NCBI GenBank assembly: GCA_029261055.1
Contig: JAJDCA010000026.1
Coordinates: 5,747-69,746 of the forward strand
DNA: 64,000 nucleotides
DNA from: Candidatus Omnitrophota bacterium
GTDB taxonomy: Bacteria; Omnitrophota; Gorgyraeia; Zapsychrales; Zapsychraceae
Reading direction: 5' to 3'
The notes under the pieces are model-generated. The model ran no database searches. It saw nothing but the letters and a program-made list of their open reading frames with translations, and was not told the DNA's origin. A program made the position numbers and the translations under genes. Shown one piece after another: positions 1 to 9,842 of this stretch. Position 1 is the stretch's first letter. Each line of letters opens with the position of its first letter.

Positions 1-3000
1 GCACCACCGACCGCACCATTAATGCGTCGTCTACAGATTTCAACGACATCATTATTGGGGATGGCCTTATTGGCTACTGGAAGCTAGACGAAACTGCAGA
101 CGATGGAAGTTGTGACGGTACGAATGATGCGTGTGACAGTTCTGGGTATGGTAATCATGGGGAGTGGGAAAGTGCCCCGACTGCATCAACAGATACACCA
201 AAACCGTTTAAATTTACTAATACCGGAAGCTTGAATTTTAATGGAACGAGTGATTATGTGGATGTTGGGGGTATTGATGTTACAACAGCATTTACAATGG
301 GGGGGTGGGTAAAATTTGATCAATTAGGAGGTAAAAAACAAGCGTTAATAGCCAAGTCATTTAATGCTTACCAGTTGTTTGCAAGTGATAGTCTTGATCG
401 TGTATTGTTTCAAAGTAATAGTGAGACGCCAATAGCGTACACACATAGTTTTATAATCAATAACTGGTATCACATTATGTTAACGTTTAATACTACAGTT
501 GGCTATGTTTTGTATTTAGATGGAATAGCAGTTAAAAGTGATTCCACTACAACTGTTATCAATACAAATGATATTACAACTAAAATAGGCGCAACTTCAC
601 AGACTCCACAGAATTTCCTTGATGGCCTCATTGACGACGTCCGTATTTACAACCGTGCATTATCAGCTACAGAAGTGAAGGCCTTAGCGCAATCGAAAAT
701 GCTGGAGGGTAAGGAGGGGACGTACACGTTGGCGTCGGCTTTGGATGTGGATGGAGATATTACTTTGGCGGATGGGACATTGGATGTGTCGGGGACGCCG
801 TACAATATTAATGTGGCGGGGGATTGGAATAATTATTCCGGGGTGAATGGGTTTACGGCGCGGACGGCTACTGTCGATTTGGATGGGGCGCCGACGACGC
901 AGAATGTGCGGGGGTCTACCAACTTCTACAATTTCGAAATAAGCACATCCACCGCGCAGACGGTTAACTTCGAAAGCGGCGCGTCGCAGACGATTGTGGC
1001 GAATGGGTCGCTGACGTTGACGGGGGCGTCGGGGCAATTGCTTACCCTTGCACCACTTACGGCCGCTACGGATTGGTTATTGGATTTTGACGGGGCGACG
1101 CAGTCGGTGCAGTATGTGTCGGTGTCGTATTCGGATGCGAGTAATGGGACGACGATTGATGCCTCCGACGGTACGAGTACGGATGGCGGGAATACGACGA
1201 ATTGGTTTTTTGCGCAGAATATCAGCGGGACCACGAATCTCTCGAGCGGTCGCGTGAAAGTCGCGGTCAACTCCAACCTCCGCGCCTCAACCACCGACAT
1301 CTCAGGCAGTGTGTGGACCGTGAGCAGCGTGACGTACACCAGCGGCGACATCATCACCGTGTTTGTCGATGGCGAGGCCGAGTCCACCGAATCCACCGCC
1401 GTCACCAAACACGACGGCTCCGGCGCCATCACCGGCATGGTTCTTAATCAGAACGTGCTCTCCATCGGAAGCGCCGACGACCAAAGCCTGACCGGCACAA
1501 ACTTAGGCCTTTACGACAATGCCGATGACGAAGACATCATGCACATGTTCACAGCAGCGAACATCCTCACCATCGACGCTTCGGCCGCGTACACGAACGA
1601 AATGCTCGACATCCTCTCCGGCGACACGCTTACGATCGCGACCGACGAAACCTTAGAAGCCCACAACGTCAACATCAGCGGAACTTTAACGGCGACAGGC
1701 AGCGCCACGCTCCACGTATCGGGAAGCTGGACCAACGCCGGCACCTTCACCACCAACACCTCCCACATCATGTTTACCGGAACCGAGAGCGAAACCTTAA
1801 CGAGCGGCGGCACAACCTACAACGACGTCACGCTCAACGACGGGTTGGTGGGGTATTGGAAATTAGATGAGACGTCTGTAGGTTCAACAGTTGTGGATTC
1901 GTCTGGATATGGTTATGATGGAACCCCACAGGGAACAGGAGGTGGAAATAATTTACCTCAACCCAATGCGGATGTACCGCAATTAAATTTTAAAAATGTC
2001 CAGAGTTTAGATTTTGACGGAACAGATGATTATGTAGACATTTCGTCAGGATTTGTTACTAACCAATCTGCATGTTCTGTATCTTTTTGGGCGAATATTG
2101 ATAGTGGATCAGCTACCGGGCTAACTGTTTATAGTGAAGGAATTCCAAGTGCTTGGGTGAACAGTCTTTTTATTATTTATTATGGAGATACATCTGATAC
2201 TGCAACTCCATCTGTGCGTGTTTTTTTCAGGGATGCTGCTGCAGCAGGAGGAACTCTTCTTGATTCAGATACAAGTATAAATCTTGCTGATAGTTCATGG
2301 CATCATGTGGCGTATGTTCAACGAGCAAGTAATGATCGTGAGATTTACATTGATGGAATAAGTCGTGATACAGATGCAAATAATATTTCACCAATTGTTC
2401 CAACGTCCTCATCTATTGGTGCAGCCAATAATAATGGAACTTTTAGCCAATTTATTAATGGTTTGGTTGATGACGTCCGTACTTACAGCCGTGCGCTTTC
2501 GGCTGTAGAAATTGCCCGTTTGGCGGTTGGGCGTCAACCGGCAACGGGGAGTGGGACGTACACGTTGCAGGATGCATTGGATGTGAATGGGGATCTCGCG
2601 CTCAACAGCGGGACGTTGGATGTGAATACGAACAAAGCGGTGACGGTGGCGGGGAGTTGGATGAATCACGGTGGTATCCTCACCGCTGGAAGCGGCACGG
2701 TGACACTCGATGGCACAGCGACCGGTAAGACCTTGCTCTCCGGCCAACAACAATTCAACAACCTCACCGTCAACGGCACGGGTGGCGCGTGGACATTCAA
2801 CGATGATGCGACCGTCTCTGGCGCGTTGACATTGATAGACGGAACTCTGACTCATTCAACCTTGCTCGATGTCGTCACCTTCACCGGCGACTTCCCTGTA
2901 GCCAATGCCAACGCGACCTTTGCGGGGGTCGAATCCACCTTCATCATCGATGGCGACCTCAGCTTAACGGCCGGAACTTTCACCGCCCCAAGCGAAAGCC

Positions 3001-6000
3001 TCATCATCACCGGCGCCTACACCCACACCGGCGGCACCTTCTCGCATAACAGCGGAACCGTCCTAATGACAAGCACCGTGGACCGCACCATCAACGCCAC
3101 CTCCACCACCTTCAATGACATCATTATCGGCGATGGGTTGGTAGGGTATTGGAAGTTGGATGAGACGAGCACCCCAGCGGTCGACTCTAGCGGTTACGGC
3201 AACGACGGTATCTGGACAAATTCCCCCACAGCCTCCAGCGACACTCCAAAACCTTTCAAATTTGCCAACACCGGGAGTTTGGATTTTGATGGGGTAGATG
3301 ATCGAGTGGATGTAGGAGACCCGGATATTTTAGATATGGGGACAAACGATTTTACTCTAACAGCATGGGTGAAAGCAAATTCGACACAAACTGATACACA
3401 TCCAACTATTATTAATAAAGGAGGAAGTTCAGACCCAGTAGCAGGGTATTGGTTTGCTCTTACCTCGGGAACAAAATTATGGGTAGGTATTGGTGACGGC
3501 ACTAGCAGGGCTACTTTTGATGGAGCTACTGATATTAGAGATGATACATGGCATCATGTAGCTGCGGTAGTTGACCGCGATGGTAATGGGACAATCTATT
3601 TGGATGGAGCTGTTGATGGAACTCCAGATGATATTTCTTCTCATGCAACAAAAAATATTGATACTGATGTGTACGCTTTTGGAATAGGAGGGAGGGCGGG
3701 TAGCGATATTCAATTCACAGGTATAATCGATGACGTTCGTGTTTACAAGCGTGCGTTGTCAGCCGTAGAGGTGAAGGCGTTAGCCCAAGCAAAGGTATTA
3801 GAAGCCAAGGAAGGGACGTACATGTTGGCCTCGGCATTGGATGTGGATGGGGATATTACGTTGGCGGATGGCACGTTGGATGTTTCGGGGACGCCATACA
3901 ATATTAATGTGGCCGGGGATTGGAATAATTATTCTGGGGTGGATGCGTTTACGGCGCGGACGGCGACGGTGGATTTGGATGGGGCACCGACGACGCAGAA
4001 TGTACGGGGGAATACGAATTTTTACAATTTTGAAATTAGTACGTCGACCGCGCAGATAGTCAACTTCGAAAGCGGCGCGTCGCAGACGGTTGTGGCGAAT
4101 GGGTCGTTGACGTTGACGGGGGCGTCGGGACAATTGTTGACGTTGGCACCGTTGACAGCTGCCACGGATTGGTTATTGGATTTTGACGGGGCGACACAGT
4201 CGGTGCAGTATGTGTCGGTGTCGTATTCGGATGCGAGTGCGGGTACGACGATTGATGCGACGGATGGCACGAGTACGGATGGTGGTAATACGACCAATTG
4301 GTTCTTTGCGCAGAATATTAGCGGGACGACGAATTTATCGAGCGGGCGAGTGAAGGTGGCCGTCAACTCCAACCTCCGCGCTTCCACCACCGACATCTCC
4401 GGCAGTGTGTGGACCATCAGCAGTGTCACCTACACCAGCGGCGACATCATCACCGTGTTCGTCGATGGCGAAGCCGAGTCCACCGAATCCACCGCCGTCA
4501 CCAAACACGACGGAAGCGGCGCCATCACCGGTATGGTGCTTAACCAAAACGTGCTCTCGATCGGAAGCGCGGACGACCAAAGCTTGACCGGCACAAATTT
4601 AGGCCTGTACGACAATACCGATGACGAAGACATCATGCACATGTTCACGGCGGCGAACATCCTCACCATAGATGCGTCGGCCAATTACACCAACGAAATG
4701 CTCGACATCCTTTCCGGCGATACGCTTACGATCGCAACGGACGAAACCCTCGAAGCCCACAACGTCAACATCAGCGGAACCTTAACAGCGACAGGCAGCG
4801 CCACACTCCACGTCTCCGGTAGCTGGACCAACGCCGGCACCTTCACCGCCAACAGCTCGCACCTCATGTTCACCGGAACCGAAAGCGAAACCCTAACGAG
4901 CGGCAGCACAAGCTACAACGACCTCACCCTAAACGACGGCCTCGTGGGGTATTGGAAGTTGGATGAGGCAAGCGGATCGACCGCCACCGATTCCAGTGGA
5001 TATGGGAATGATGGGACGCACACCAATTCCCCGACGATATCTTCAATTGTACCTTCTGTAAATTTTGTCAATCCACGGAGTTTAGAATTTGATGGGGCAA
5101 ATAATTATGTAGAAATAATTGATACTGGAATTTGGGATTTTCAAACAGGAGAATATGCAGTTAGTTTTTGGTTTAAAACATCCGGAAGTGCTAGGGAACA
5201 TGCTCTTCATTTTGGAAGTCTCAGTGCTAATAATCTTGATTTTGATTTTAATGATGGAGGTTATGGAATTTGGGTTTATTGGATGAGCGGAGGAGGTAAC
5301 TATGTGCGTACAACAGATTTTTATAATGATGGATCTTGGCATCATTTAGTAGTTTCTCGAAATTCCTCAGGGACGACTTTATATGTGGATAATATTGTTA
5401 AAGATCAAGATTCCGGTTTAGATAATATTGATATTGCAAGTAATGGACTTATTGGGTCGGCAATTGGAGATCATTATTGGGATGGTTTTCTTGACGATGT
5501 TCGTATTTACAACCGTGAGCTGTCAACTACGGAAGTCGCCCGCCTAGCCGCAGGCCGACAGCCGGCGACGGGGAGTGGGACGTACACGTTGCAGGATGCG
5601 TTGGATGTGAATGGGGATTTGGCGCTGAACAGTGGGACGTTGGATGTGAATACGAACAAGGCGGTGACGGTCGCCGGGAGTTGGATGAATCATGGGGGTA
5701 TCCTTACCGCCGGCAGTGGGACGGTGACACTCGACGGCACGGCGTCCGGCAAGACATTGCTCTCCGGTCAACAACAATTCAACAACCTCACCGTCAACGG
5801 CACAGGCGGCGAATGGACGTTCAATGATGACGCGACCGTCTCCGGTACGTTGACACTTACAGACGGAACACTGACACACTCAACGTTATTGGACGTCGTC
5901 ACCTTCACCGGCGACTTCCCGGTAGCGAATGCCAACGCGACCTTTACGGGCGTCGAATCCACCTTCATCATCGACGGCGACCTCAGCCTCACGGCAGGAA

Positions 6001-7388
6001 CCTTCACCGCCCCAAGCGAGAGCCTGATTATCACCGGCGCTTACACCCACACCGGCGGCACCTTCAGCCACAATAGCGGAACAGTCCTCATGACCAGCAC
6101 CACCGACCGCACGATCAACGCCACCTCCACCACCTACAACGACCTCATTATCGGGGATGGCTTGGTAGGATACTGGAAACTGGATGAAACCACTGGCAGC
6201 ACTGCCACCGACTCCAGTGGCTACGGTAACAATGGTACGTGGACAAATTCTCCGACAGCTTCTACCGACACCCCCAAACCCTTCAAATTCACCAACACCT
6301 GGAGTTTGAGTTTTGATGGGACGGATGATTATGTGGATATGGGAGATGTTTTGGAAATGACAGAAGCTAACGGAATAACCTTGTCTGCCTGGGTAAATGC
6401 AAGTAGTTTAACAGCGAATGGAGCGGTTATTGATAAATTAGGGGGTAACGGTAATTATAGGCTTCAAGTAAATGCTTCTGGTCAGGTTCGTTTTGGGATA
6501 CGAGATGCAGTAAGTTCTTACGAGGAGATGCTCACCACAGATACTTTATCAACTAATCGATGGTATCACCTTGCAGCAACTTTTGATGATGTGACAACTG
6601 GTAAAATTTATATTGATGGAGAGCTTAAAAAGACAAAAACAGATTTTACTCTTACACGAGGTGATACAGCTGATTCTTTAAAGATAGGATACACTTCGAA
6701 TAATGCTCAATATTTTAATGCTAAAATTGATGACGTCCGCATCTACAATCGTGCGCTTTCGGCATCTGAGGTAAGTGCACTTGCACAATCAAAGGTGTTG
6801 GAAGCCAAGGAAGGGACATACACATTGGCATCGGCGTTGGATGTGGATGGGGATATTACGTTGGCGGATGGGACGCTGGATGTTTCGGCGACGCCGTACA
6901 ACATCAACGTCGCCGGCGACTGGAATAATTATTCCGGGGTGAATGCCTTTACCGCTCGCACCGCAACCGTTGACCTGGATGGGGCGCCGACGACGCAGAA
7001 TGTTCGCGGGTCGACGAATTTTTACAATTTTGAAATCAGCACGTCCACCGCGCAGACCGTCAACTTCGAAAGCGGTGCGTCGCAGACAATCCTTACTAAC
7101 GGATCGTTGACACTCACCGGTGCTGCAAGCAATCTTTTAACGCTTGCCCCATTGACAGCCGCCACGGATTGGTTGCTCGACCTTTCTTCCGGCGCGTCGC
7201 AGTCGGTGTCGTATGTGTCGGTATCGTATTCGGATGCGAGTGCGGGGGCGACGATTTTGGCGAATGATGGGACGAACACGGATGGGGGGAATACGAACAA
7301 TTGGCGGTTCAGGGCATTGCTAATTATGCCGATTTTGGTGAGTTTTGTGGGGTTTGGTGTATGGAGACGCCATTTATGGCGTCTCTGA
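1..7388 (+). CDS. Giant repetitive surface protein, 5'-truncated by the window edge. Tandem LamG/concanavalin-like jelly-roll domains are separated by two alternating conserved linker types
   Basis: Frame 3 is open from nt 3 (TTDRTINASSTDFNDIIIGDGLIGYWKLDE...) to the stop at 7386-7388. The LamG hallmark LVGYWKLDE ... WHH ... DDVRIYNRALSAxEV recurs at about nt 70, 1846, 3133, 4936 and 6160. A hydrophobic stretch ALLIMPILVSFVGFGV and a basic tail end the protein. Confidence 0.85.
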   Translation, partial: TTDRTINASSTDFNDIIIGDGLIGYWKLDETADDGSCDGTNDACDSSGYGNHGEWESAPTASTDTPKPFKFTNTGSLNFNGTSDYVDVGGIDVTTAFTMGGWVKFDQLGGKKQALIAKSFNAYQLFASDSLDRVLFQSNSETPIAYTHSFIINNWYHIMLTFNTTVGYVLYLDGIAVKSDSTTTVINTNDITTKIGATSQTPQNFLDGLIDDVRIYNRALSATEVKALAQSKMLEGKEGTYTLASALDVDGDITLADGTLDVSGTPYNINVAGDWNNYSGVNGFTARTATVDLDGAPTTQNVRGSTNFYNFEISTSTAQTVNFESGASQTIVANGSLTLTGASGQLLTLAPLTAATDWLLDFDGATQSVQYVSVSYSDASNGTTIDASDGTSTDGGNTTNWFFAQNISGTTNLSSGRVKVAVNSNLRASTTDISGSVWTVSSVTYTSGDIITVFVDGEAESTESTAVTKHDGSGAITGMVLNQNVLSIGSADDQSLTGTNLGLYDNADDEDIMHMFTAANILTIDASAAYTNEMLDILSGDTLTIATDETLEAHNVNISGTLTATGSATLHVSGSWTNAGTFTTNTSHIMFTGTESETLTSGGTTYNDVTLNDGLVGYWKLDETSVGSTVVDSSGYGYDGTPQGTGGGNNLPQPNADVPQLNFKNVQSLDFDGTDDYVDISSGFVTNQSACSVSFWANIDSGSATGLTVYSEGIPSAWVNSLFIIYYGDTSDTATPSVRVFFRDAAAAGGTLLDSDTSINLADSSWHHVAYVQRASNDREIYIDGISRDTDANNISPIVPTSSSIGAANNNGTFSQFINGLVDDVRTYSRALSAVEIARLAVGRQPATGSGTYTLQDALDVNGDLALNSGTLDVNTNKAVTVAGSWMNHGGILTAGSGTVTLDGTATGKTLLSGQQQFNNLTVNGTGGAWTFNDDATVSGALTLIDGTLTHSTLLDVVTFTGDFPVANANATFAGVESTFIIDGDLSLTAGTFTAPSESLIITGAYTHTGGTFSHNSGTVLMTSTVDRTINATSTTFNDIIIGDGLVGYWKLDETSTPAVDSSGYGNDGIWTNSPTASSDTPKPFKFANTGSLDFDGVDDRVDVGDPDILDMGTNDFTLTAWVKANSTQTDTHPTIINKGGSSDPVAGYWFALTSGTKLWVGIGDGTSRATFDGATDIRDDTWHHVAAVVDRDGNGTIYLDGAVDGTPDDISSHATKNIDTDVYAFGIGGRAGSDIQFTGIIDDVRVYKRALSAVEVKALAQAKVLEAKEGTYMLASALDVDGDITLADGTLDVSGTPYNINVAGDWNNYSGVDAFTARTATVDLDGAPTTQNVRGNTNFYNFEISTSTAQIVNFESGASQTVVANGSLTLTGASGQLLTLAPLTAATDWLLDFDGATQSVQYVSVSYSDASAGTTIDATDGTSTDGGNTTNWFFAQNISGTTNLSSGRVKVAVNSNLRASTTDISGSVWTISSVTYTSGDIITVFVDGEAESTESTAVTKHDGSGAITGMVLNQNVLSIGSADDQSLTGTNLGLYDNTDDEDIMHMFTAANILTIDASANYTNEMLDILSGDTLTIATDETLEAHNVNISGTLTATGSATLHVSGSWTNAGTFTANSSHLMFTGTESETLTSGSTSYNDLTLNDGLVGYWKLDEASGSTATDSSGYGNDGTHTNSPTISSIVPSVNFVNPRSLEFDGANNYVEIIDTGIWDFQTGEYAVSFWFKTSGSAREHALHFGSLSANNLDFDFNDGGYGIWVYWMSGGGNYVRTTDFYNDGSWHHLVVSRNSSGTTLYVDNIVKDQDSGLDNIDIASNGLIGSAIGDHYWDGFLDDVRIYNRELSTTEVARLAAGRQPATGSGTYTLQDALDVNGDLALNSGTLDVNTNKAVTVAGSWMNHGGILTAGSGTVTLDGTASGKTLLSGQQQFNNLTVNGTGGEWTFNDDATVSGTLTLTDGTLTHSTLLDVVTFTGDFPVANANATFTGVESTFIIDGDLSLTAGTFTAPSESLIITGAYTHTGGTFSHNSGTVLMTSTTDRTINATSTTYNDLIIGDGLVGYWKLDETTGSTATDSSGYGNNGTWTNSPTASTDTPKPFKFTNTWSLSFDGTDDYVDMGDVLEMTEANGITLSAWVNASSLTANGAVIDKLGGNGNYRLQVNASGQVRFGIRDAVSSYEEMLTTDTLSTNRWYHLAATFDDVTTGKIYIDGELKKTKTDFTLTRGDTADSLKIGYTSNNAQYFNAKIDDVRIYNRALSASEVSALAQSKVLEAKEGTYTLASALDVDGDITLADGTLDVSATPYNINVAGDWNNYSGVNAFTARTATVDLDGAPTTQNVRGSTNFYNFEISTSTAQTVNFESGASQTILTNGSLTLTGAASNLLTLAPLTAATDWLLDLSSGASQSVSYVSVSYSDASAGATILANDGTNTDGGNTNNWRFRALLIMPILVSFVGFGVWRRHLWRL
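7364..7385. repeat. REP-like 22-nt palindrome GAGACGCCAT-TT-ATGGCGTCTC (10-bp arms), forming the last codons and stop of the giant gene
   Basis: Perfect inverted repeat read directly. The same sequence recurs at 7943-7964 and 17545-17566, and in inverse orientation (loop AA) at 7716-7758 and 7894-7919. Confidence 0.8.
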
Positions 7389-7408
7389 TCAAATATACGG
7401 AATCATAA

Positions 7409-8124
7409 TGCCACAAAAATATAAAGGGAAATACCGAATAAAATCAATCAGGATACCTAATTATGATTATTCATCCAATGGAGCCTATTTCGTCACCATT
7501 TGTGTTCGGGATGGCAGACATTTTTTTGGAGAAATATTAGAAGGGAAGATAAAATTATCAGAATATGGAAAGATAGCCACAAAATATTGGCATGAAATTT
7601 TAGATCGTTTTTCATTTGTCATCGCGGATGAATTTATTGTCATGCCAAACCATGTGCATGGGATTATTGTTATTGATGCTTCAGGGCAGAGGAAAAAGGA
7701 TTTGATAAATTATGGAGACGCCATAAATGGTGGAGACGCCATAAATGGCGTCTGTACGTTGGGGGGAGGGATGACGGGGAAGCATAATCCGATGTTGTCG
7801 TCGCATTCATTGTCGAAGATTGTGCGGTGGTACAAAGGACGTGTTACGTATGAGATACGAAAGATACAGAATTATGGAGACGCCATAAATCGCGGAGACG
7901 CCATAAATGGCGTCTGTACGAAGGGAACATCGGAATACGTAAAGACGCCATTTATGGCGTCTCCAATCAAAAGAGACGCGATTCATCGCGTCTCTGTTTG
8001 TAGGTTTCAATGGCATCCTCGGTTCCACGATCACATTATCCGCAATGAACAATCCTTACGCGAAATCCGTCAATACATTCGGGATAATCCTATGAAATGG
8101 GATGATGATCCGGAGAATATGTAG
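7409..8124 (+). CDS. REP-associated tyrosine transposase (RAYT; IS200/IS605 TnpA-like Y1 HuH transposase) with in-frame REP-derived insertions
   Basis: N-terminal block IRIPNYDYSSNGAYFVTICVRDGRHFFG, HuH motif MPNHVHGIIV, and C-terminal block RFHDHIIRNEQSLREIRQYIRDNPMKW with the catalytic-Tyr context. Compare E. coli RayT, which has HMHCIW ... RFWEHAIRN ... YIYINPVKHGW. The likely start is ATG 7409, not the track's 7345; nt 7345-7408 translate a REP (GDAIYGVS). Confidence 0.75.
7716..7758. repeat. Tandem REP copies (GGAGACGCCATAAATGG + TGGAGACGCCATAAATGGCGTCTG) inside the RAYT ORF; they translate as GDAINGGDAINGVCT
   Basis: Direct reading. Same palindrome family as 7364-7385, in the opposite orientation. 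Confidence 0.75.
7876..7995. repeat. Cluster of REP copies and variants inside the RAYT ORF (7876-7890 half site, 7894-7919, 7943-7964, variant AGAGACGCGAT-TC-ATCGCGTCTCT at 7972-7995)
   Basis: Direct reading. They translate as GDAINRGDAINGVCT ... TPFMASPIKRDAIHRVS. Confidence 0.7.
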
Positions 8125-8127
8125 CCA

Positions 8128-9717
8128 TTATTCCTTCACCAAATTATTCTCTAACTTCGCTGCAATGCGTAGGGTTGAGAGGAATTGGCTGAAGGCTTTG
8201 TTTTTTTGTTCGGTGAGGAGTTTTTCGGATAAGGCGTCTTTTTCTTTGGCATAGGCATCATTATCTACGGGGACGTAGGCGTCGCGATGTAGGATGCAGT
8301 AGCCATTAGCGGTTTTGACAACTTCACTAATAGGGGCTTCTTCGTTTAGGGTAAAGGCAGCATCCTGGAATTCTTTGGATATGCCGATCTTGGGTAAATA
8401 TTGGCCGCGGTTAAATTCGGGTGTCTGGTGAATTTCGAGGCCTAACGTTTTGGCGGCACCAGGGAAGTCTTTGAGTTTGGTTTTGTTGACTTCTTCTTGA
8501 ATAGCGGTGAGATAGGTCTCAGCCTTAGTGCCTGCTAAGGTTTCAGCTTCTTTGTTGGCTACAGCCTGACGGACATCTTCTTTTATTTCTTCAAATTCGG
8601 GGACATAAGCTTCTTTTTTTTCAGTTAATTTTACGATATGCAGGCCATTGTCTGATTCATAAGGTTCGGCGATTGCGTTTGTGTCCATATCAAAGAGGGT
8701 TTTGAGGAGGTCGTAAGACCATCCTAGGCTCAAATTAGGTTGTTCCATACTAAAAAATCCACTGGATTGCATTTTAAGGTTATTTTTTGCGCTAATTTCG
8801 TGCAAGTCAGGATTGAGCAGTAGTTCTTGATAAATGGTATAAGCCGTACTGCGCACGGTATCTTTTTCTTCTTCAATTTTATCCGCTTTAGCCTTTGCCT
8901 CTGCTTCAGCTTTTTCAGTTTCTTCTGTTTTTTCACTACTTTCTTCACTTTTTTCACCATCACTCGTTTCTGTTGTTTCGGTGTCTTGCAAAAGCGAAGG
9001 CTCCGGCTCTGGAAAGTAAAAGCTGACGTAGTCTACATTCACTGCTGGGGGTGTTAGGAATTCGAGTTTATTGTCTGCGTAGTATTTTGTTTTTTGTTCT
9101 TCTGTTACAGTGACTTCATTTTGAAACTGTGTCGGGTCAACAAAAACATAACTGATTTGAATTTTTTCATTTTGTTTTTTGTAGTTTTCAAAGATGTCTT
9201 CATCCGCCACCGTTTCGCCACTGGAGACTTGTTCAAAGAGTTTGTTTATTTTTAAAGAATCACGAAGGCTTTCTTCAAATTCCCGGGGTTTGATGCGGAA
9301 AACAAATTTGAGGATGTCGTTGTACAAAAGCGTATCAAATTTATCATCCCGTTGGAAAAATGCGTATTGTTCAATGGATTTGATGAGTTCTTCATTAGAA
9401 ATTTTAATTTTTTGTTTTTTGACTTCACGCATGAGTATCAGTCGATCCCAGGCTTCAGATTCAAGGTTTAAGAATTGTTTAATATTTTTAAAGTTATCGC
9501 CATAACGCATGATAGCTTGAATTTCGGTGCTTTTAAAACTTTTGCGGTAATCATCAAAAGCAATTTTTTTGCCGAAAATTTTTCCGGCATATCCTTGTTG
9601 GTTGTTATCCGTTAAAAGATAGGCTGTACCAAAAAGTCCAAAAGACAGGATGATCACAATAGCAACAGCCCAGATGAGCTTTTTCATAACACCTTTTTTA
9701 CGTAATAATTTAAGCAT
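8128..9717 (-). CDS. Periplasmic chaperone / peptidyl-prolyl isomerase, PpiD/SurA-like. It has an N-terminal TM anchor and an acidic low-complexity linker
   Basis: The N-terminus MKKLIWAVAIVIILSFGLFGTAYLL is a signal anchor. The region also has a SurA-N-like helical segment, a C-terminal rotamase-like segment (ANGYCILHRDAYVP) and an acidic E/K/T-rich tract. Confidence 0.5.
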   Translation of the reverse strand: MLKLLRKKGVMKKLIWAVAIVIILSFGLFGTAYLLTDNNQQGYAGKIFGKKIAFDDYRKSFKSTEIQAIMRYGDNFKNIKQFLNLESEAWDRLILMREVKKQKIKISNEELIKSIEQYAFFQRDDKFDTLLYNDILKFVFRIKPREFEESLRDSLKINKLFEQVSSGETVADEDIFENYKKQNEKIQISYVFVDPTQFQNEVTVTEEQKTKYYADNKLEFLTPPAVNVDYVSFYFPEPEPSLLQDTETTETSDGEKSEESSEKTEETEKAEAEAKAKADKIEEEKDTVRSTAYTIYQELLLNPDLHEISAKNNLKMQSSGFFSMEQPNLSLGWSYDLLKTLFDMDTNAIAEPYESDNGLHIVKLTEKKEAYVPEFEEIKEDVRQAVANKEAETLAGTKAETYLTAIQEEVNKTKLKDFPGAAKTLGLEIHQTPEFNRGQYLPKIGISKEFQDAAFTLNEEAPISEVVKTANGYCILHRDAYVPVDNDAYAKEKDALSEKLLTEQKNKAFSQFLSTLRIAAKLENNLVKE

Positions 9718-9842
9718 GGGGTCTCCTTAATTAGACGGTAAATATTTGAGAGGGATTATATCTTCCAAATAAAATTTTGACAAGGAGAATTCGTAAAGAC
9801 TCGTGTAAAGGGGTAATGAGTGTGGAGATAATATAAATTCAA

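Larger units (their letters stand above)
7364..8124 (+). mobile_element. REP/RAYT unit: REP palindromes plus their cognate HuH tyrosine transposase
   Basis: A RAYT-type ORF is flanked by, and interrupted by, copies of one palindrome family. Confidence 0.7.

Noticed and set aside
684-7300. Numerous minus-strand ORFs inside the giant LamG gene (for example 684-1037, 926-1438, 3798-4133, 4022-4429, 5544-5879, 7022-7300) encoding Arg/Pro-rich peptides
   Set aside because: They recur at the same relative position in each linker repeat and are Arg-rich, as expected for antisense frames of GC-rich coding DNA. The plus-strand frame is continuous with clear LamG motifs.
1-7388. Diversity-generating retroelement targeting the variable LamG cassettes
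   Set aside because: There is no reverse transcriptase or template repeat in the window. The variation is whole-domain divergence rather than adenine-focused substitutions in a short variable region.
8730-9057. Small ORFs on both strands inside the ppiD-like gene (8730-8963 minus, 8827-9057 plus) with K- or F-rich products
   Set aside because: They are translations of the low-complexity acidic (GAA/AAA-rich) linker of the minus-strand gene in other frames.
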